A stretch of DNA of 64,000 bases from Gammaproteobacteria bacterium. GTDB taxonomy: Bacteria > Pseudomonadota > Gammaproteobacteria > Eutrophobiales > Eutrophobiaceae. Location of the stretch: positions 308,680 through 372,679 of the forward strand of contig OZ250183.1 of assembly GCA_965238225.1 (NCBI GenBank), read 5' to 3'. Position 1 is the stretch's first letter, and each line of letters opens with the position of its first letter. The notes under the pieces were generated by a model, which ran no database searches, was not told where the DNA came from, and saw nothing but the letters and a program-made list of their open reading frames with translations. This document shows positions 1 to 10,195 of this stretch, in pieces. Both the position numbers and the translations under genes were made by a program.

Positions 1-313
1 TGTCTGTTATGGTATCTACAAGGATTGCAGTACCGCCTGGTCCATAGCCTTCATAGCGAATTTCTGCAATGTTTTCACTTTCATCATTATCGCCACCACG
101 TTTGATTGCCCTTTCAATCGTATCTTTCGGCATGCTTTGAGATTTAGCGCTATCAATCGCTGCCCGTAACCTAGGGTTGGCATCCGAGTCAGTACCACCC
201 ATTTTTGCAGAAATGGTAACTTCACGAATCAATTTGGTGAATAATTTACCGCGTTTGGCATCTTGCCTGCCTTTGCGGTGTTGGATATTTGCCCACTTAC
301 TATGTCCAGCCAT
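1..313 (-). CDS. yebC: YebC/PmpR-family transcriptional regulator, N-terminal 104 codons (3' end runs off the window)
   Basis: Own minus-strand translation from ATG at 311-313: [40 protein letters not shown]...[14 protein letters not shown], the conserved YebC N-terminus. Absent from the ORF track because it is open at the window edge. Confidence 0.85.
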   Translation of the reverse strand, partial: MAGHSKWANIQHRKGRQDAKRGKLFTKLIREVTISAKMGGTDSDANPRLRAAIDSAKSQSMPKDTIERAIKRGGDNDESENIAEIRYEGYGPGGTAILVDTITD

Positions 314-495
314 AATGGGGTATAGTCCTCCTTATAGTATGTACGAATTCTACCACTTGTGGGCAGCCTTCCCAAGTAGTGTCATATTGTGTTTGAACTT
401 AATATGTACATACGAGAATCGCACAGAAATAACAAAATATATATCACTGCTTGATTGGTTTTTCTATAATGTATGTTAATGGTGGAGTTATTAAA

Positions 496-1239
496 ATGCG
501 AATAATGGTAAATGTAATCGTAATAACATTATTATTTTTTGTTAGCAGTGTTCAGGCTTTGGCAGCGCCAAGACACGATTCGTTTGATAAAGTTTTGCAA
601 GCACATGTGCATGAGGGAAAGATTAATTATCCCGCGATTCAAAAAGATAAACGTTTTCAAGATTACCTGACATATCTTGCCGAGGCAGACCCGAAAATGT
701 TTTCCACAGAAAATGAAAAGCTGGCATTTTGGATAAATGCCTACAATGCGCTAGCCATCAAAGGCATCATTGATGGTTTGAGTCCCTCAGGTTTTTTCTC
801 TCGCATTATTTATTTTAAATCAACTGACTATAAGTTAGCTGGTCGTGATATCAATCTATACGATTTGGAACGTGACATTATTATTCCATTTGACGAACCA
901 CGAATTCATTTTGCAATCGTTTGTGCCTCGGCATCTTGTCCGAACTTGATCTCGGAAGCTTATGTGGCTGATAAACTTGAACAACAACTGGAAGACAATA
1001 CTAGGTATTTTATTAATAACGATTTTAAGAATCAGTTTGACCTTAAGAAAAAAATCGCACAGGTTTCTAAAATATTTGACTGGTTTGTTGAAGATTTCAA
1101 AAAGCATTCTGGATCAGTGCAGAAATTTATTGTACGTTATGTTGGAGATTCGGACTTGGCAAAATTATTAAACGAAGATGCGTTTCGTATAAAATACCTT
1201 AGATATGACTGGTCATTAAACGGAATACCAATTAAATAA
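496..1239 (+). CDS. DUF547 domain protein with N-terminal signal peptide
   Basis: ORF 451-1239. I prefer the ATG at 496, preceded by GGTGGAG, which gives MRIMVNVIVITLLFFVSSVQALA. The FWINAYNALAIKGI and CASASCP segments match my memory of DUF547. Confidence 0.7.
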   Translation: MRIMVNVIVITLLFFVSSVQALAAPRHDSFDKVLQAHVHEGKINYPAIQKDKRFQDYLTYLAEADPKMFSTENEKLAFWINAYNALAIKGIIDGLSPSGFFSRIIYFKSTDYKLAGRDINLYDLERDIIIPFDEPRIHFAIVCASASCPNLISEAYVADKLEQQLEDNTRYFINNDFKNQFDLKKKIAQVSKIFDWFVEDFKKHSGSVQKFIVRYVGDSDLAKLLNEDAFRIKYLRYDWSLNGIPIK

Positions 1240-1248
1240 TAGATCGAT

Positions 1249-1890
1249 ATGTTTTTCGCAGCTGATGAAGGACAGAAAATTGCACGATTGTTTGCCTTTC
1301 TGTTGCAAGGTGAGCGCTTGGCCTTTGATTGCGTAAGCAAGCAAGTCTTACTGTTTGATGACAAACCATCGCAAAAATTTTTAAAAAATCAGGCGCGCCA
1401 GGAAAAATTTCACTGTCAGGTATTCAAAGCAGGCATTGGTATCACTGCTCCTCGCGGTGTATCAAATGTTCCTGGTGGCAAGGAGATGCAGATATATATG
1501 CGGCTTTTAACTGAAGCTTTGGAACGAGGCGACCAAGCCGAAACCTTATTAGGTGCACAGATCATACTTGAAGGTTTGGGTAATGTAGCTATTCGGCATA
1601 TAGATGCCGGGTTTGAATTGCGAGGAATTGGCTCGATATGTCAACGGGTTCGTTATTTAATTCTTAGCCAGGAAGATGCGCATCATGCTTTTGGACTACA
1701 AAGATTTAAAGCGAATTTTGGCGATGGACCTGTGCCAGATTATTTAATAAAAAGAAGTCAGGATTATTTTAACTTACTTAAATCTTTGATGTTATCTGTA
1801 TCTGAATTGTTCTTTTATTTTGATGAACAAGCAGAGCAATATACTGAAGAGCTTTACGCAGACTTGCCCGCATGGATTGTAGAGCAATGA
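1249..1890 (+). CDS. ferritin-like di-iron carboxylate protein, function unknown
   Basis: 213 aa. Two E...ExxH pairs (GERLAF / QEKFH and LEGLG / QEDAHH) as in four-helix-bundle di-iron enzymes. Starts 9 nt after the DUF547 stop. Confidence 0.5.
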   Translation: MFFAADEGQKIARLFAFLLQGERLAFDCVSKQVLLFDDKPSQKFLKNQARQEKFHCQVFKAGIGITAPRGVSNVPGGKEMQIYMRLLTEALERGDQAETLLGAQIILEGLGNVAIRHIDAGFELRGIGSICQRVRYLILSQEDAHHAFGLQRFKANFGDGPVPDYLIKRSQDYFNLLKSLMLSVSELFFYFDEQAEQYTEELYADLPAWIVEQ

Positions 1891-2570
1891 CCATGATCAG
1901 CATCATCATTCCTGTGTTAAATGAAGAGAAGGCACTGCCTGAAACATTAAGCAGTATTTTATCGCAGTTAGATAATGTGCAGGTCATAGTGGTTGATGGT
2001 GACAGTAGTGATCGAACACAAATGATCGCTAGAGAAAATGCTGAAGTTGAACTAATTGTCTCTGAACGAGGTCGAGCTAGGCAAATGAATGCAGGTGCTG
2101 TAAAGGCGAATGGCGAATGGCTGTTGTTTTTACATGCTGATACTTTGTTGCCAAAAAATGCAATACAAGAGATACAGTCATTAACTTCAGACAAAAATAA
2201 GCAGGCAGGGTGTTTTCATCAGCGCTTTTCAAAAGATCATTGGTTTTTGAGATTTGTATCTCGCTTACATAATTGGCGCTGCCGCAGAACTCGAATTATA
2301 TATGGTGATCAAGCGATGTTCATACGCCGGCAATTATTTGAATCTATCGGTGGTTTTCCTGAACAAGATATTCTTGAAGATGTATTGATTAGTGAACTAA
2401 TTGTTGCGCAGACAAATCCAATTTTATTGGATCAGGAAGTTATTACTTCATCTCGCAAGTTTGAACAGAGGGGTTTATTCAGAAGTTTTTTTGATATCTT
2501 TATTATCATGAGTTGTTATGAATTACGTTTACCAATTTTCAGAAAAGATTTTTTTGCCGGGTTTCGTTAA
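1887..2570 (+). CDS. family 2 glycosyltransferase-like protein (resembles the TIGR04283 type)
   Basis: MTMISIIIPVLNEE, VVDGDSSDRT, ERGRARQMNAGA, LLFLHADT. The ATG at 1887 overlaps the upstream TGA (ATGA, 1887-1890). Confidence 0.7.
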   Translation: MTMISIIIPVLNEEKALPETLSSILSQLDNVQVIVVDGDSSDRTQMIARENAEVELIVSERGRARQMNAGAVKANGEWLLFLHADTLLPKNAIQEIQSLTSDKNKQAGCFHQRFSKDHWFLRFVSRLHNWRCRRTRIIYGDQAMFIRRQLFESIGGFPEQDILEDVLISELIVAQTNPILLDQEVITSSRKFEQRGLFRSFFDIFIIMSCYELRLPIFRKDFFAGFR

Positions 2571-2578
2571 GAAAATAA

Positions 2579-3574
2579 ATGTTAAAAGATAAAATCAAAC
2601 CATTTGCTAATCTTTTAAATGGTCATCCATTGATGGCTGTATTCGAAATCAATCTTACTTGCAATTCTCAGTGTAGTTATTGTGATCTGCCATTAAACCA
2701 AGGTAAATATGAATTATCCCGTGATGAAATTAAAAAAATATTTAGTGATCTCTATAAAACAGGACTACGTTACATTTTATTGCAAGGAGGCGAACCTACC
2801 CTGCGTAAGGACTTGCCAGAAGTGCTCGAAGATTTACATAAAATAGGTTATGACCTGACATTGATCACCAATGGCACACGTATTAAGCCTGTATTAATAG
2901 AATGCGCAAAAAATATTTCGGTCAGCATTTCAATTAGTCTAGATACTTTGGATCGCGATCGTTATCAACGTATTCGCGGTGCTGATCAATTAAATATGGT
3001 ATTAAGCAGCATTGAACGATTGCGCGATTATCCACATGCAAAATATATCACCTGTATTGTCAGTGAATTGAATCGTGATGATGTGTTGGATGTTGTGCGT
3101 TTTTCTCGCCTTCATGGATTTATCCCAGTGGTTGGGGCTTATCATTGGGATATTGAGCGTTATGGAAAAATTGATAAGGAATTGCAGTATCAAAAGCAAG
3201 TTGCTGCCAATGTATTTCAGGAGGTCTTGCAATCAAACCTTGTTCCCAGAGGTTATTTCAGACGCTATTTACGAGATAATATTGATTGGTTGAATGATCG
3301 TCCGTTGCGCTCTTGCGATGCTGGGCGTTACAGTATTTCTATTGATGCATCAGGCAATGTAGCGCCATGTCTAGCGCTTCGGCACGCGGGCAATTTACTT
3401 GAGTCTTCATTGCCTGAAATTTTGGACAATTTTGATAAACAAGCCATCAAATCATGCTCTGATAAATCTTCCTGTAATATGATGTGTAGTCGTATTATTG
3501 GCTCAAGTTTACGTCATCCATTAGATACATTGATAACACCACGAACGATTGCAGCGACAGAAAATCGCAGCTAA
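2579..3574 (+). CDS. radical SAM protein with SPASM/twitch-like C-terminal Cys cluster
   Basis: CNSQCSYC (CxxxCxxC) near the N-terminus, GGEPTL, and a C-terminal CDAGRYSISIDASGNVAPC...CSDKSSCNMMC. Confidence 0.8.
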   Translation: MLKDKIKPFANLLNGHPLMAVFEINLTCNSQCSYCDLPLNQGKYELSRDEIKKIFSDLYKTGLRYILLQGGEPTLRKDLPEVLEDLHKIGYDLTLITNGTRIKPVLIECAKNISVSISISLDTLDRDRYQRIRGADQLNMVLSSIERLRDYPHAKYITCIVSELNRDDVLDVVRFSRLHGFIPVVGAYHWDIERYGKIDKELQYQKQVAANVFQEVLQSNLVPRGYFRRYLRDNIDWLNDRPLRSCDAGRYSISIDASGNVAPCLALRHAGNLLESSLPEILDNFDKQAIKSCSDKSSCNMMCSRIIGSSLRHPLDTLITPRTIAATENRS

Positions 3575-3583
3575 AGTCATGCA

Positions 3584-4291
3584 ATGTTGAGAGAAATATT
3601 AAAATTTGTATCGATTCTGAGCGCTTGTTTAAGCATCGGGTTAGTTTTTACAGGTTCGATATTGACGATGGTGCATGCACAAGAAACTTTAGAAAAATCT
3701 GATGGACACCAGAATAAATTAAGCCCTTATTCTGGTGAGCCTCCTGAAGTTGTGCTGGATGAGCATGAATTAAAATCGTTAGCAAAAGGACAAGCTGTAT
3801 TTAAAAAACTGAATCTTGAAAATACTAAACGTGGTCTTGCTGTATTCAGAGTAAATGCCGATACGCAGACTATTTGGTCTGTAATAAAAGATTTTAAATC
3901 CTATCCCCAATGGATAGAATATATTGATGAAACAGAAATTTACAAACAAGAAGCCGAAAATATTTATGTCAAATTTGTTGCCAGCGGTTTGTTAGGAGAT
4001 ATAGTTTGGTATATAGTTCATAATTATCCTCAAGATATAACAAGAAATGAAAGAGATTGGGGCACTTGGAAATTAGATTACAATAATCGATCAGATATTA
4101 ACGGATCTGTTGGGTTTTGGCGCGTTGTTCCAGTGGTTGATGATCCTAAGAAATCAGATGTTATTTATTCAGTAGATCTTCGCTTAAAAGGATTTTTTGT
4201 ATCATTGTTTGAGGCTTCATTGATTACAAGCGGTCTTAAAGATGCGACGCAATGGGTTAAGGTTCAGGCTGAGGCTAAGATTTTGCCATAA
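3584..4291 (+). CDS. SRPBCC (polyketide cyclase/START-like) family protein, exported or membrane-anchored
   Basis: Hydrophobic N-terminus LSACLSIGLVFTGSILTMVHA. The segment ADTQTIWSVIKDFKSYPQWIEYI is typical of the SRPBCC fold. Confidence 0.55.
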   Translation: MLREILKFVSILSACLSIGLVFTGSILTMVHAQETLEKSDGHQNKLSPYSGEPPEVVLDEHELKSLAKGQAVFKKLNLENTKRGLAVFRVNADTQTIWSVIKDFKSYPQWIEYIDETEIYKQEAENIYVKFVASGLLGDIVWYIVHNYPQDITRNERDWGTWKLDYNNRSDINGSVGFWRVVPVVDDPKKSDVIYSVDLRLKGFFVSLFEASLITSGLKDATQWVKVQAEAKILP

Positions 4292-4418
4292 GCGGTGAGA
4301 ACTTACTTATCAAGAATATTGTCATACCGACCTTGAATAGATCTCCAGTCAACTTTAATCTTCATAATCTTTTAGGTTTTCAATTTTATTTATTTCTAGT
4401 TTATTCATTCATAGCGAG

Positions 4419-4448
4419 TTACTTCTTGTTTTACCTTACAAGAAGTAA
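4419..4448. other. perfect 11-bp stem hairpin followed by A8, between convergent genes
   Basis: TTACTTCTTGT-tttacctt-ACAAGAAGTAA, then GCC and AAAAAAAA. No T-tract follows the stem on either strand, so it is not a canonical intrinsic terminator. Confidence 0.4.
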
Positions 4449-4490
4449 GCCAAAAAAAAGTGCCCCAATGAAAGATTGAAAATACTTAAA

Positions 4491-5567
4491 CTAGGCATCA
4501 CTACTCAAAAGTACTTCGTTATTTTGACCTTTCGCAAAATCCAACAACCGTTGAATAGGAAGTTTGGCGCGTTTGCCAAGCTCAGGATCAATATTAATTT
4601 CGCCACTGCCTGTTTCTAAGCACTCAAGCAATTTCCTAAGACTGTTCATTGCCATCCATGGGCAGTGCGCACAACTAACGCAAGTCGCACTCTCGCCACT
4701 GGTGGGCGCTTCGATAAATATTTTGTCTGGTGCGGCTTCTCGCATTTTATGGAAGATGCCTTTATCGGTGGCAACGATGAATTCTTTTGCTTCCAGCTCG
4801 ACTGCGGCTTTGATAATTCCAGTAGTTGAGCTGACGATATCGGCATGCTCGATGACTGAGGCAGGAGACTCAGGATGTACCAATACTTTGGCGTCTGGGT
4901 GTTGTTTTTTTAATTCTGCAAGCTCAATACCTTTGAATTCTTCATGCACAATACAAGCGCCTTGCCATAACAACATGTCTGCACTAGTTTGTTGCTGGAT
5001 ATAATCGCCTAGGTATTTATCTGGTGCCCAGATAAATTTTTCACCTTTTGCATACAGATAATTGATGATATCAAGGGCGCTACCTGAGGTAACGACCCAA
5101 TCAGCACGTGCCTTAACTGCGGCACTGGTGTTGGCATAAACAACCACAGTTCTATCAGGATGTTGATCACAAAACTCACTAAATTCCTTAACAGGGCAGC
5201 CCAGATCCAGTGAACAATTGGCATTTAAATCCGGCATCAAAACACGTTTTTCGGGGTTTAATATCTTGGCAGTTTCACCCATAAATTTAACACCACAAAC
5301 AACTAGGGTATTGGCTTGGGATTCGTTTCCAAAACGTGCCATATCCAAAGAATCAGAAACATAACCCACGGTAGCATCGGCAATAAGTTGCAGATCGGGG
5401 TCGGTATAATAATGCGCCACCACCACGGCATTTTGTTCTTTGAGTAATTGTTTAATACGTGATTTAAATTCGTAACGTTTAGCGTCGCTTAATTGTTCAG
5501 TGACAGTTTTAGGAATATCTTCGTGTTTGACTGTGCAAATTTCTGCTAAAGAAGTGTTTATTGTCAT
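4491..5567 (-). CDS. nadA: quinolinate synthase
   Basis: 358 aa. [31 protein letters not shown] and [10 protein letters not shown] match NadA. Confidence 0.9.
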   Translation of the reverse strand: MTINTSLAEICTVKHEDIPKTVTEQLSDAKRYEFKSRIKQLLKEQNAVVVAHYYTDPDLQLIADATVGYVSDSLDMARFGNESQANTLVVCGVKFMGETAKILNPEKRVLMPDLNANCSLDLGCPVKEFSEFCDQHPDRTVVVYANTSAAVKARADWVVTSGSALDIINYLYAKGEKFIWAPDKYLGDYIQQQTSADMLLWQGACIVHEEFKGIELAELKKQHPDAKVLVHPESPASVIEHADIVSSTTGIIKAAVELEAKEFIVATDKGIFHKMREAAPDKIFIEAPTSGESATCVSCAHCPWMAMNSLRKLLECLETGSGEINIDPELGKRAKLPIQRLLDFAKGQNNEVLLSSDA

Positions 5568-5646
5568 ATCTAACTCTGCTGAAACTCTATTGACATTTTT
5601 ACAGTTCGGTATTTGTCGTTTGATATTCAGGTTAAAAATATAGTAT

Positions 5647-7440
5647 TTATTCTAATTCAGGTTTTTCTTTTTCAGTAGGTTTAGCCAATTTGATGCCGAG
5701 TTCTTTTAGCTGTCTTGGTGATGCAGGTGTTGGTGCATCGGTTAATGGGCAGTTTGCTGTCTGTGTCTTTGGAAATGCAATAACATCGCGTATCGAATCA
5801 GCGCCGACCATCAACATGATCAAGCGATCCAGTCCGAAGGCAATGCCACCATGTGGAGGACAACCGTAATCAAGCGCATTAATGAGAAACCCGAATTTAT
5901 CTTCCGCTTCTTGATCGCTAATGCCAAGAAGTTTCAACACGCTTTTTTGCATTTCAGATTTGTGGATACGAATCGAACCGCCACCGAGTTCAACGCCATT
6001 TAAAACTAAATCATAAGCGCGTGACAGGGCGTTGCCAGGATCAGCCTCAAGTTCACTGGTTTTGGTAACATAAGGCGCGGTGAATGGATGATGTAGTGCA
6101 TCCCAGCGTTTTTCATCTTCGTTGTAGTTGAACATTGGGAAATCAACCACCCAAACTGGTTGCCATTCACTTTCAAACAAATTCCTGTCTTGTGCCAGTT
6201 TGTCGCGTAACGCGCCCAGTGCGTCATTTACAATCTTAGTCTTATCTGCACCGAAGAAGATCAGGTCACCATTTTTTGCCTGTGTACGTTCGATGATGGT
6301 CGCGACCACATTATCAGGCAGGAATTTTAAGATGGGGGAGTGTAGTCCTTGTGTGCCAGCACAAACATCATTGACTTTAATATAAGCAAGACCTTTAGCG
6401 CCGTAATTGGCGACAAAGTTTGTGTAATCATCAATTTCTTTACGGGACAATTCGTTGCCTGCGGGTAATCTCAACGCAGCAACACGTCCATCGTCCATTT
6501 TTGCAGGCTCAGAGAAGACTTTAAATTCAACCTCTGTCATAACATCAGAAACGTCGGTAAGTTCTAATGGATTACGCAAGTCCGGGCGATCAGTGCCGAA
6601 ACGATGTATGGCATCGACATAAGTAATACGTGGAATGGGACAAGGCAAGTCAATATTCAGCGCATTTTTAAATAAGGCAATCATCATTTTTTCCATGATA
6701 GCCATGATCGCCTCTTCATCCATAAAAGAGGTTTCGATGTCAAGCTGGGTAAATTCTGGCTGCCTGTCTGCGCGTAAATCTTCATCACGGAAGCAGCGCA
6801 CGATCTGATAATAACGATCCATGCCAGACATCATTAACAACTGCTTAAACAATTGCGGCGACTGTGGCAGGGCAAAGAATTCTCCAGGATACGTTCTGCT
6901 CGGCACTAGATAATCTCTTGCGCCTTCTGGTGTTGCGCGGGTCAACATTGGTGTTTCTATTTCCATGAAACCATTATCGTCTAGAAAACTGCGCATGGAT
7001 TTAGTGATCGCCGTGCGTAATTTCATATTTCTTTGCATCTCATCTCTACGCAGATCAACGTAGCGGTAACGCAGTTTTATATCATCATGGACATTTTCAT
7101 CGTCTAGCTGAAAAGGCGGAGTTTTGGCGCTATTTAGTATTTCAATTTCATAACCCAGAACTTCAACTTCGCCTGTGGGTAAATCAGGATTGACAGTACC
7201 TTCCGGGCGGCGGCGCACCTTGCCTGTAATTTTTACAACATATTCATTGCGTATGGCATCAGCAATAGCAAAAGATTCAGGCTTGTCCGGGTCAAATACA
7301 ATCTGTGCCAGACCTTCACGATCACGCAGGTCGATAAATATTACTCCGCCATGATCTCTGCGGCGGTGTATCCAACCGCAAAGACTGATTTCCTTGCCGA
7401 GTAAAGAGGTATTTAATTGTCCACAATAATGACTACGCAT
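5647..7440 (-). CDS. aspS: aspartate--tRNA ligase
   Basis: 597 aa. MRSHYCGQL...[47 protein letters not shown] (class II aaRS motifs). Confidence 0.95.
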   Translation of the reverse strand: MRSHYCGQLNTSLLGKEISLCGWIHRRRDHGGVIFIDLRDREGLAQIVFDPDKPESFAIADAIRNEYVVKITGKVRRRPEGTVNPDLPTGEVEVLGYEIEILNSAKTPPFQLDDENVHDDIKLRYRYVDLRRDEMQRNMKLRTAITKSMRSFLDDNGFMEIETPMLTRATPEGARDYLVPSRTYPGEFFALPQSPQLFKQLLMMSGMDRYYQIVRCFRDEDLRADRQPEFTQLDIETSFMDEEAIMAIMEKMMIALFKNALNIDLPCPIPRITYVDAIHRFGTDRPDLRNPLELTDVSDVMTEVEFKVFSEPAKMDDGRVAALRLPAGNELSRKEIDDYTNFVANYGAKGLAYIKVNDVCAGTQGLHSPILKFLPDNVVATIIERTQAKNGDLIFFGADKTKIVNDALGALRDKLAQDRNLFESEWQPVWVVDFPMFNYNEDEKRWDALHHPFTAPYVTKTSELEADPGNALSRAYDLVLNGVELGGGSIRIHKSEMQKSVLKLLGISDQEAEDKFGFLINALDYGCPPHGGIAFGLDRLIMLMVGADSIRDVIAFPKTQTANCPLTDAPTPASPRQLKELGIKLAKPTEKEKPELE

Positions 7441-7582
7441 ATTAATACTTAATCCTGATGTTAATTTTTGGGAATTGTTTGTCCGTATACAGAGCAGGGC
7501 ATATTATGGATCGACAAGATTTTACGCAAGCGCATGAAATAGTTAGAGTCGCCATACTAAAAACAACAATGGCTGCCTATAT

Positions 7583-7990
7583 CTATTGTTTTGAGCTTTC
7601 CGCAAGGGATGTTTTATCTTTTGGTTTTTCTGTTGTTGGTTCAGATGTCGATTCAGATTTTTTGTCAGATTTATCAGTTTTATCATCACCTTTATCTTTA
7701 GAAGGTTGCTTGCCTTCTTTTTCTATACCATCTTTTTTTGAGCTGCCCTTTCCCAGATCATCCCCCTTCTTATCGTTTTTTTCGGGAGTATCTTTTTTTT
7801 GTGGTTTTTTGTCTTTGAAATCTGTTTCGTACCAGCCATCCCCTTTCAATTTAAAGATGGCAGCAGATACAAGTTTACGCAGGGTTTCCTGTTTACATTG
7901 AGGGCAGTCTGTGAGCGATGCATCACCAACTTTTTGGATTGCTTCCAGTTTGTGTTCACAATGCTGGCATTGGTATTCATAAATTGGCAC
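7583..7990 (-). CDS. FmdB-family zinc-ribbon protein with Lys/Asp-rich tail
   Basis: MPIYEYQCQHCEHKLE...CPQCKQETLRKL. GTG start at 7988-7990. Confidence 0.85.
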   Translation of the reverse strand: MPIYEYQCQHCEHKLEAIQKVGDASLTDCPQCKQETLRKLVSAAIFKLKGDGWYETDFKDKKPQKKDTPEKNDKKGDDLGKGSSKKDGIEKEGKQPSKDKGDDKTDKSDKKSESTSEPTTEKPKDKTSLAESSKQ

Positions 7991-7997
7991 AAAAATT

Positions 7998-8006
7998 CCC
8001 CCCCCC
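7998..8006. repeat. C9 (G9 on the coding strand) homopolymer tract
   Basis: Nine consecutive C, located 7 nt upstream of the fmdB GTG start on the minus strand. It is the only purine-rich Shine-Dalgarno candidate there. Confidence 0.9.
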
Positions 8007-8007
8007 T

Positions 8008-8040
8008 TTAGTATGGTTAGTATGGTTAGTATGGATTGTA
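8008..8040. repeat. 9-bp tandem repeat TTAGTATGG, 3 copies plus a degenerate fourth
   Basis: ttagtatgg ttagtatgg ttagtatgg attgtat, read directly. Confidence 0.85.
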
Positions 8041-8281
8041 TATATTATCAAAATAACGAGAATATAGACTGTAATTATTGATTAAATTAATTTTAAAACT
8101 GAAATTTACACGATTTTCATTAATTTATATTGGTATTTATATTTGTGGCAATGCCAGTAAGTGATTGAGGATCATATTGCCATCTGGGAAATCTTCAGTA
8201 TCATTGCCGCTTTCTGCTTCGGTCGAGTTCTTTTAAGTCTTGTTGTAAGGTGTTCTTTCATGAGACATTAACTTCACAAAT

Positions 8282-8357
8282 GGGTCGTTAGCTCAGCTGG
8301 TAGAGCACCGCACTTTTAATGCGATGGTCGCGCGTTCGAATCGCGCACGACCCACCA
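8282..8357 (+). tRNA. tRNA-Lys (anticodon UUU)
   Basis: Cloverleaf folded by hand: acceptor GGGTCGT/ACGACCC, D arm GCTC-AGCTGGTA-GAGC, anticodon arm CCGCA-CTTTTAA-TGCGA, T arm GCGCG-TTCGAAT-CGCGC, encoded CCA. Confidence 0.9.
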
Positions 8358-8419
8358 TTTATCCCATTTGGAATCAAAGACTTAAAAGGATTTAAGTTTC
8401 TAATAACTGTGTACTAAAT

Positions 8420-8445
8420 AGACCGACTACAGTGGTCTTATTTTT
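8420..8445 (+). terminator. weak hairpin plus T-run after tRNA-Lys
   Basis: AGACC-gactacagt-GGTCT followed by TATTTTT. The stem is only 5 bp. Confidence 0.3.
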
Positions 8446-8623
8446 CTCAAATTTATGGAGGGCACACAAATGCTTAATTTTCACACAGCTAAAATTAGCT
8501 ATTTAATGGAAGATTAAAGATATTCGTGTTTTTCTTAATAAGAAAGTAGCTGTTGGTTATTAAATGATTGCCGAAAAATACGCAATAAACGGATTAGGCA
8601 AAACATAACAAAAAGGAATAAGT

Positions 8624-10186
8624 ATGGGCAACGAAGACCAAAAAAAATTAGAGCAGAAGCTCTGGGATATTGCCAACGAGTTGCGCGGCAAGATGGATGC
8701 GGATGAGTTTAAGAGTTACATCCTTGGCTTTATCTTTTACAAGTACTTGTCTGAAAAGATGGCGAGCTATGCCAGCAAGCTATTAGTTGAAGATGGTATT
8801 GGTTATTTATCACTTGATGAAGACAGTAGCAAAGGCGCTAAGTATCTTGATGCGATTAAAGAAGAAGCCATCGATAAACTGGGTTATTTCTTAAAGCCGT
8901 CTGAGCTGTTCAGTGAGGTGGTCTCGCGGGGTAATGGTGATAGCAATAACTTTATCCTTGAAGACTTGAGCGCCATCCTGCGCAATATTGAGCAAAGTAC
9001 AATGGGTTATGAGTCTGAAGATGATTTTGGTCATTTGTTTGAAGACTTAGATTTAACCTCCACCAAACTGGGCAGAACTGAAGCGGCTAAAAATACGCTG
9101 ATTGCCAAGGTGTTATCCCACTTAGACCAAATTAACTTTGCCCTTGAAACAAAAGAATCTGATGTATTGGGTGATGCCTATGAATATCTGATTGGGCAGT
9201 TTGCTGCCAGTGCCGGTAAGAAAGCTGGTGAGTTCTATACCCCTCAACAAGTATCTAAAATTCTCGCTAAGATTGTTACCAATGGCAAGCGCAAACTTGA
9301 AAGCGTGTACGACCCAACCTGTGGTTCAGGTTCTCTACTTTTGCGCGTGGCTAAAGAAGTCGATGATGTGTCGAATTTCTGTGGTCAGGAGCTAAACCGC
9401 ACGACTTATAACCTTGCTCGGATGAATATGATTCTTCACGATGTTCATTATCGTAAGTTTGATATTAAGCAAGAAGACACTTTAGAACAGCCACAGCATA
9501 TTGATGAGCGCTTTGAGGCAGTGGTTGCCAATCCACCATTTAGTGCCCACTGGAGTGCCAACCCACTGCATATGAGTGATGATAGATTTTCTCAGTATGG
9601 CAAATTAGCCCCTAAGACTAAGGCAGATTTTGCCTTTGTTCAGCATATGGTCTATCAGCTGGATGAAAATGGCACAATGGCGATTGTATTACCTCACGGT
9701 GTGTTATTCCGTGGCGGGGCTGAAGGGCATATTCGCAAATACTTGATTGAAGATAAGAACTATCTGGATGCGGTGATTGGTTTGCCTGCTAATATCTTTT
9801 ATGGCACAAGCATCCCAACTTGTATTTTGGTGTTTAAAAAATGTCGTGAAGACAGCAGTAATATTTTATTCATTGATGCCTCTAAAGAATTTGACAAGAT
9901 TAAAGCGCAGAATTATTTGACTGATGAGAATATTGCCAAGATTATTAATACCTTTAAGAGTCGTGAAGCAATAGATAAATATTCCTACCTTGCCGCGCTT
10001 AATGAAGTCAAAGAAAACGACTACAACCTTAACATTCCAAGATATGTTGACACCTTTGAGGAAGAAGAACCTGTTGATTTGGATGCAGTATCAGCCGAAC
10101 TTAAAGCAATTGATACGCAGATGCTTGAGACTGATAACACTATTGCTAAATTTTGTGATGAATTGGGCATCGCTAAACCGTTTTAG
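8624..10186 (+). CDS. hsdM: type I restriction-modification methyltransferase subunit
   Basis: 520 aa. GEFYTPQQV, DPTCGSGSLL (AdoMet motif), VVANPPFS (NPPF catalytic motif). Confidence 0.95.
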   Translation: MGNEDQKKLEQKLWDIANELRGKMDADEFKSYILGFIFYKYLSEKMASYASKLLVEDGIGYLSLDEDSSKGAKYLDAIKEEAIDKLGYFLKPSELFSEVVSRGNGDSNNFILEDLSAILRNIEQSTMGYESEDDFGHLFEDLDLTSTKLGRTEAAKNTLIAKVLSHLDQINFALETKESDVLGDAYEYLIGQFAASAGKKAGEFYTPQQVSKILAKIVTNGKRKLESVYDPTCGSGSLLLRVAKEVDDVSNFCGQELNRTTYNLARMNMILHDVHYRKFDIKQEDTLEQPQHIDERFEAVVANPPFSAHWSANPLHMSDDRFSQYGKLAPKTKADFAFVQHMVYQLDENGTMAIVLPHGVLFRGGAEGHIRKYLIEDKNYLDAVIGLPANIFYGTSIPTCILVFKKCREDSSNILFIDASKEFDKIKAQNYLTDENIAKIINTFKSREAIDKYSYLAALNEVKENDYNLNIPRYVDTFEEEEPVDLDAVSAELKAIDTQMLETDNTIAKFCDELGIAKPF

Positions 10187-10195
10187 GATGTTGAG

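Noticed and set aside
7458-7901. A 147-aa plus-strand ORF opposite fmdB, and similar long antisense ORFs inside nadA, aspS, trpE, dapA, sufS and others in the ORF track
   Set aside because: These are shadow ORFs on the opposite strand of genes with strong family signatures. They have low-complexity or implausible sequences and no independent start signals.
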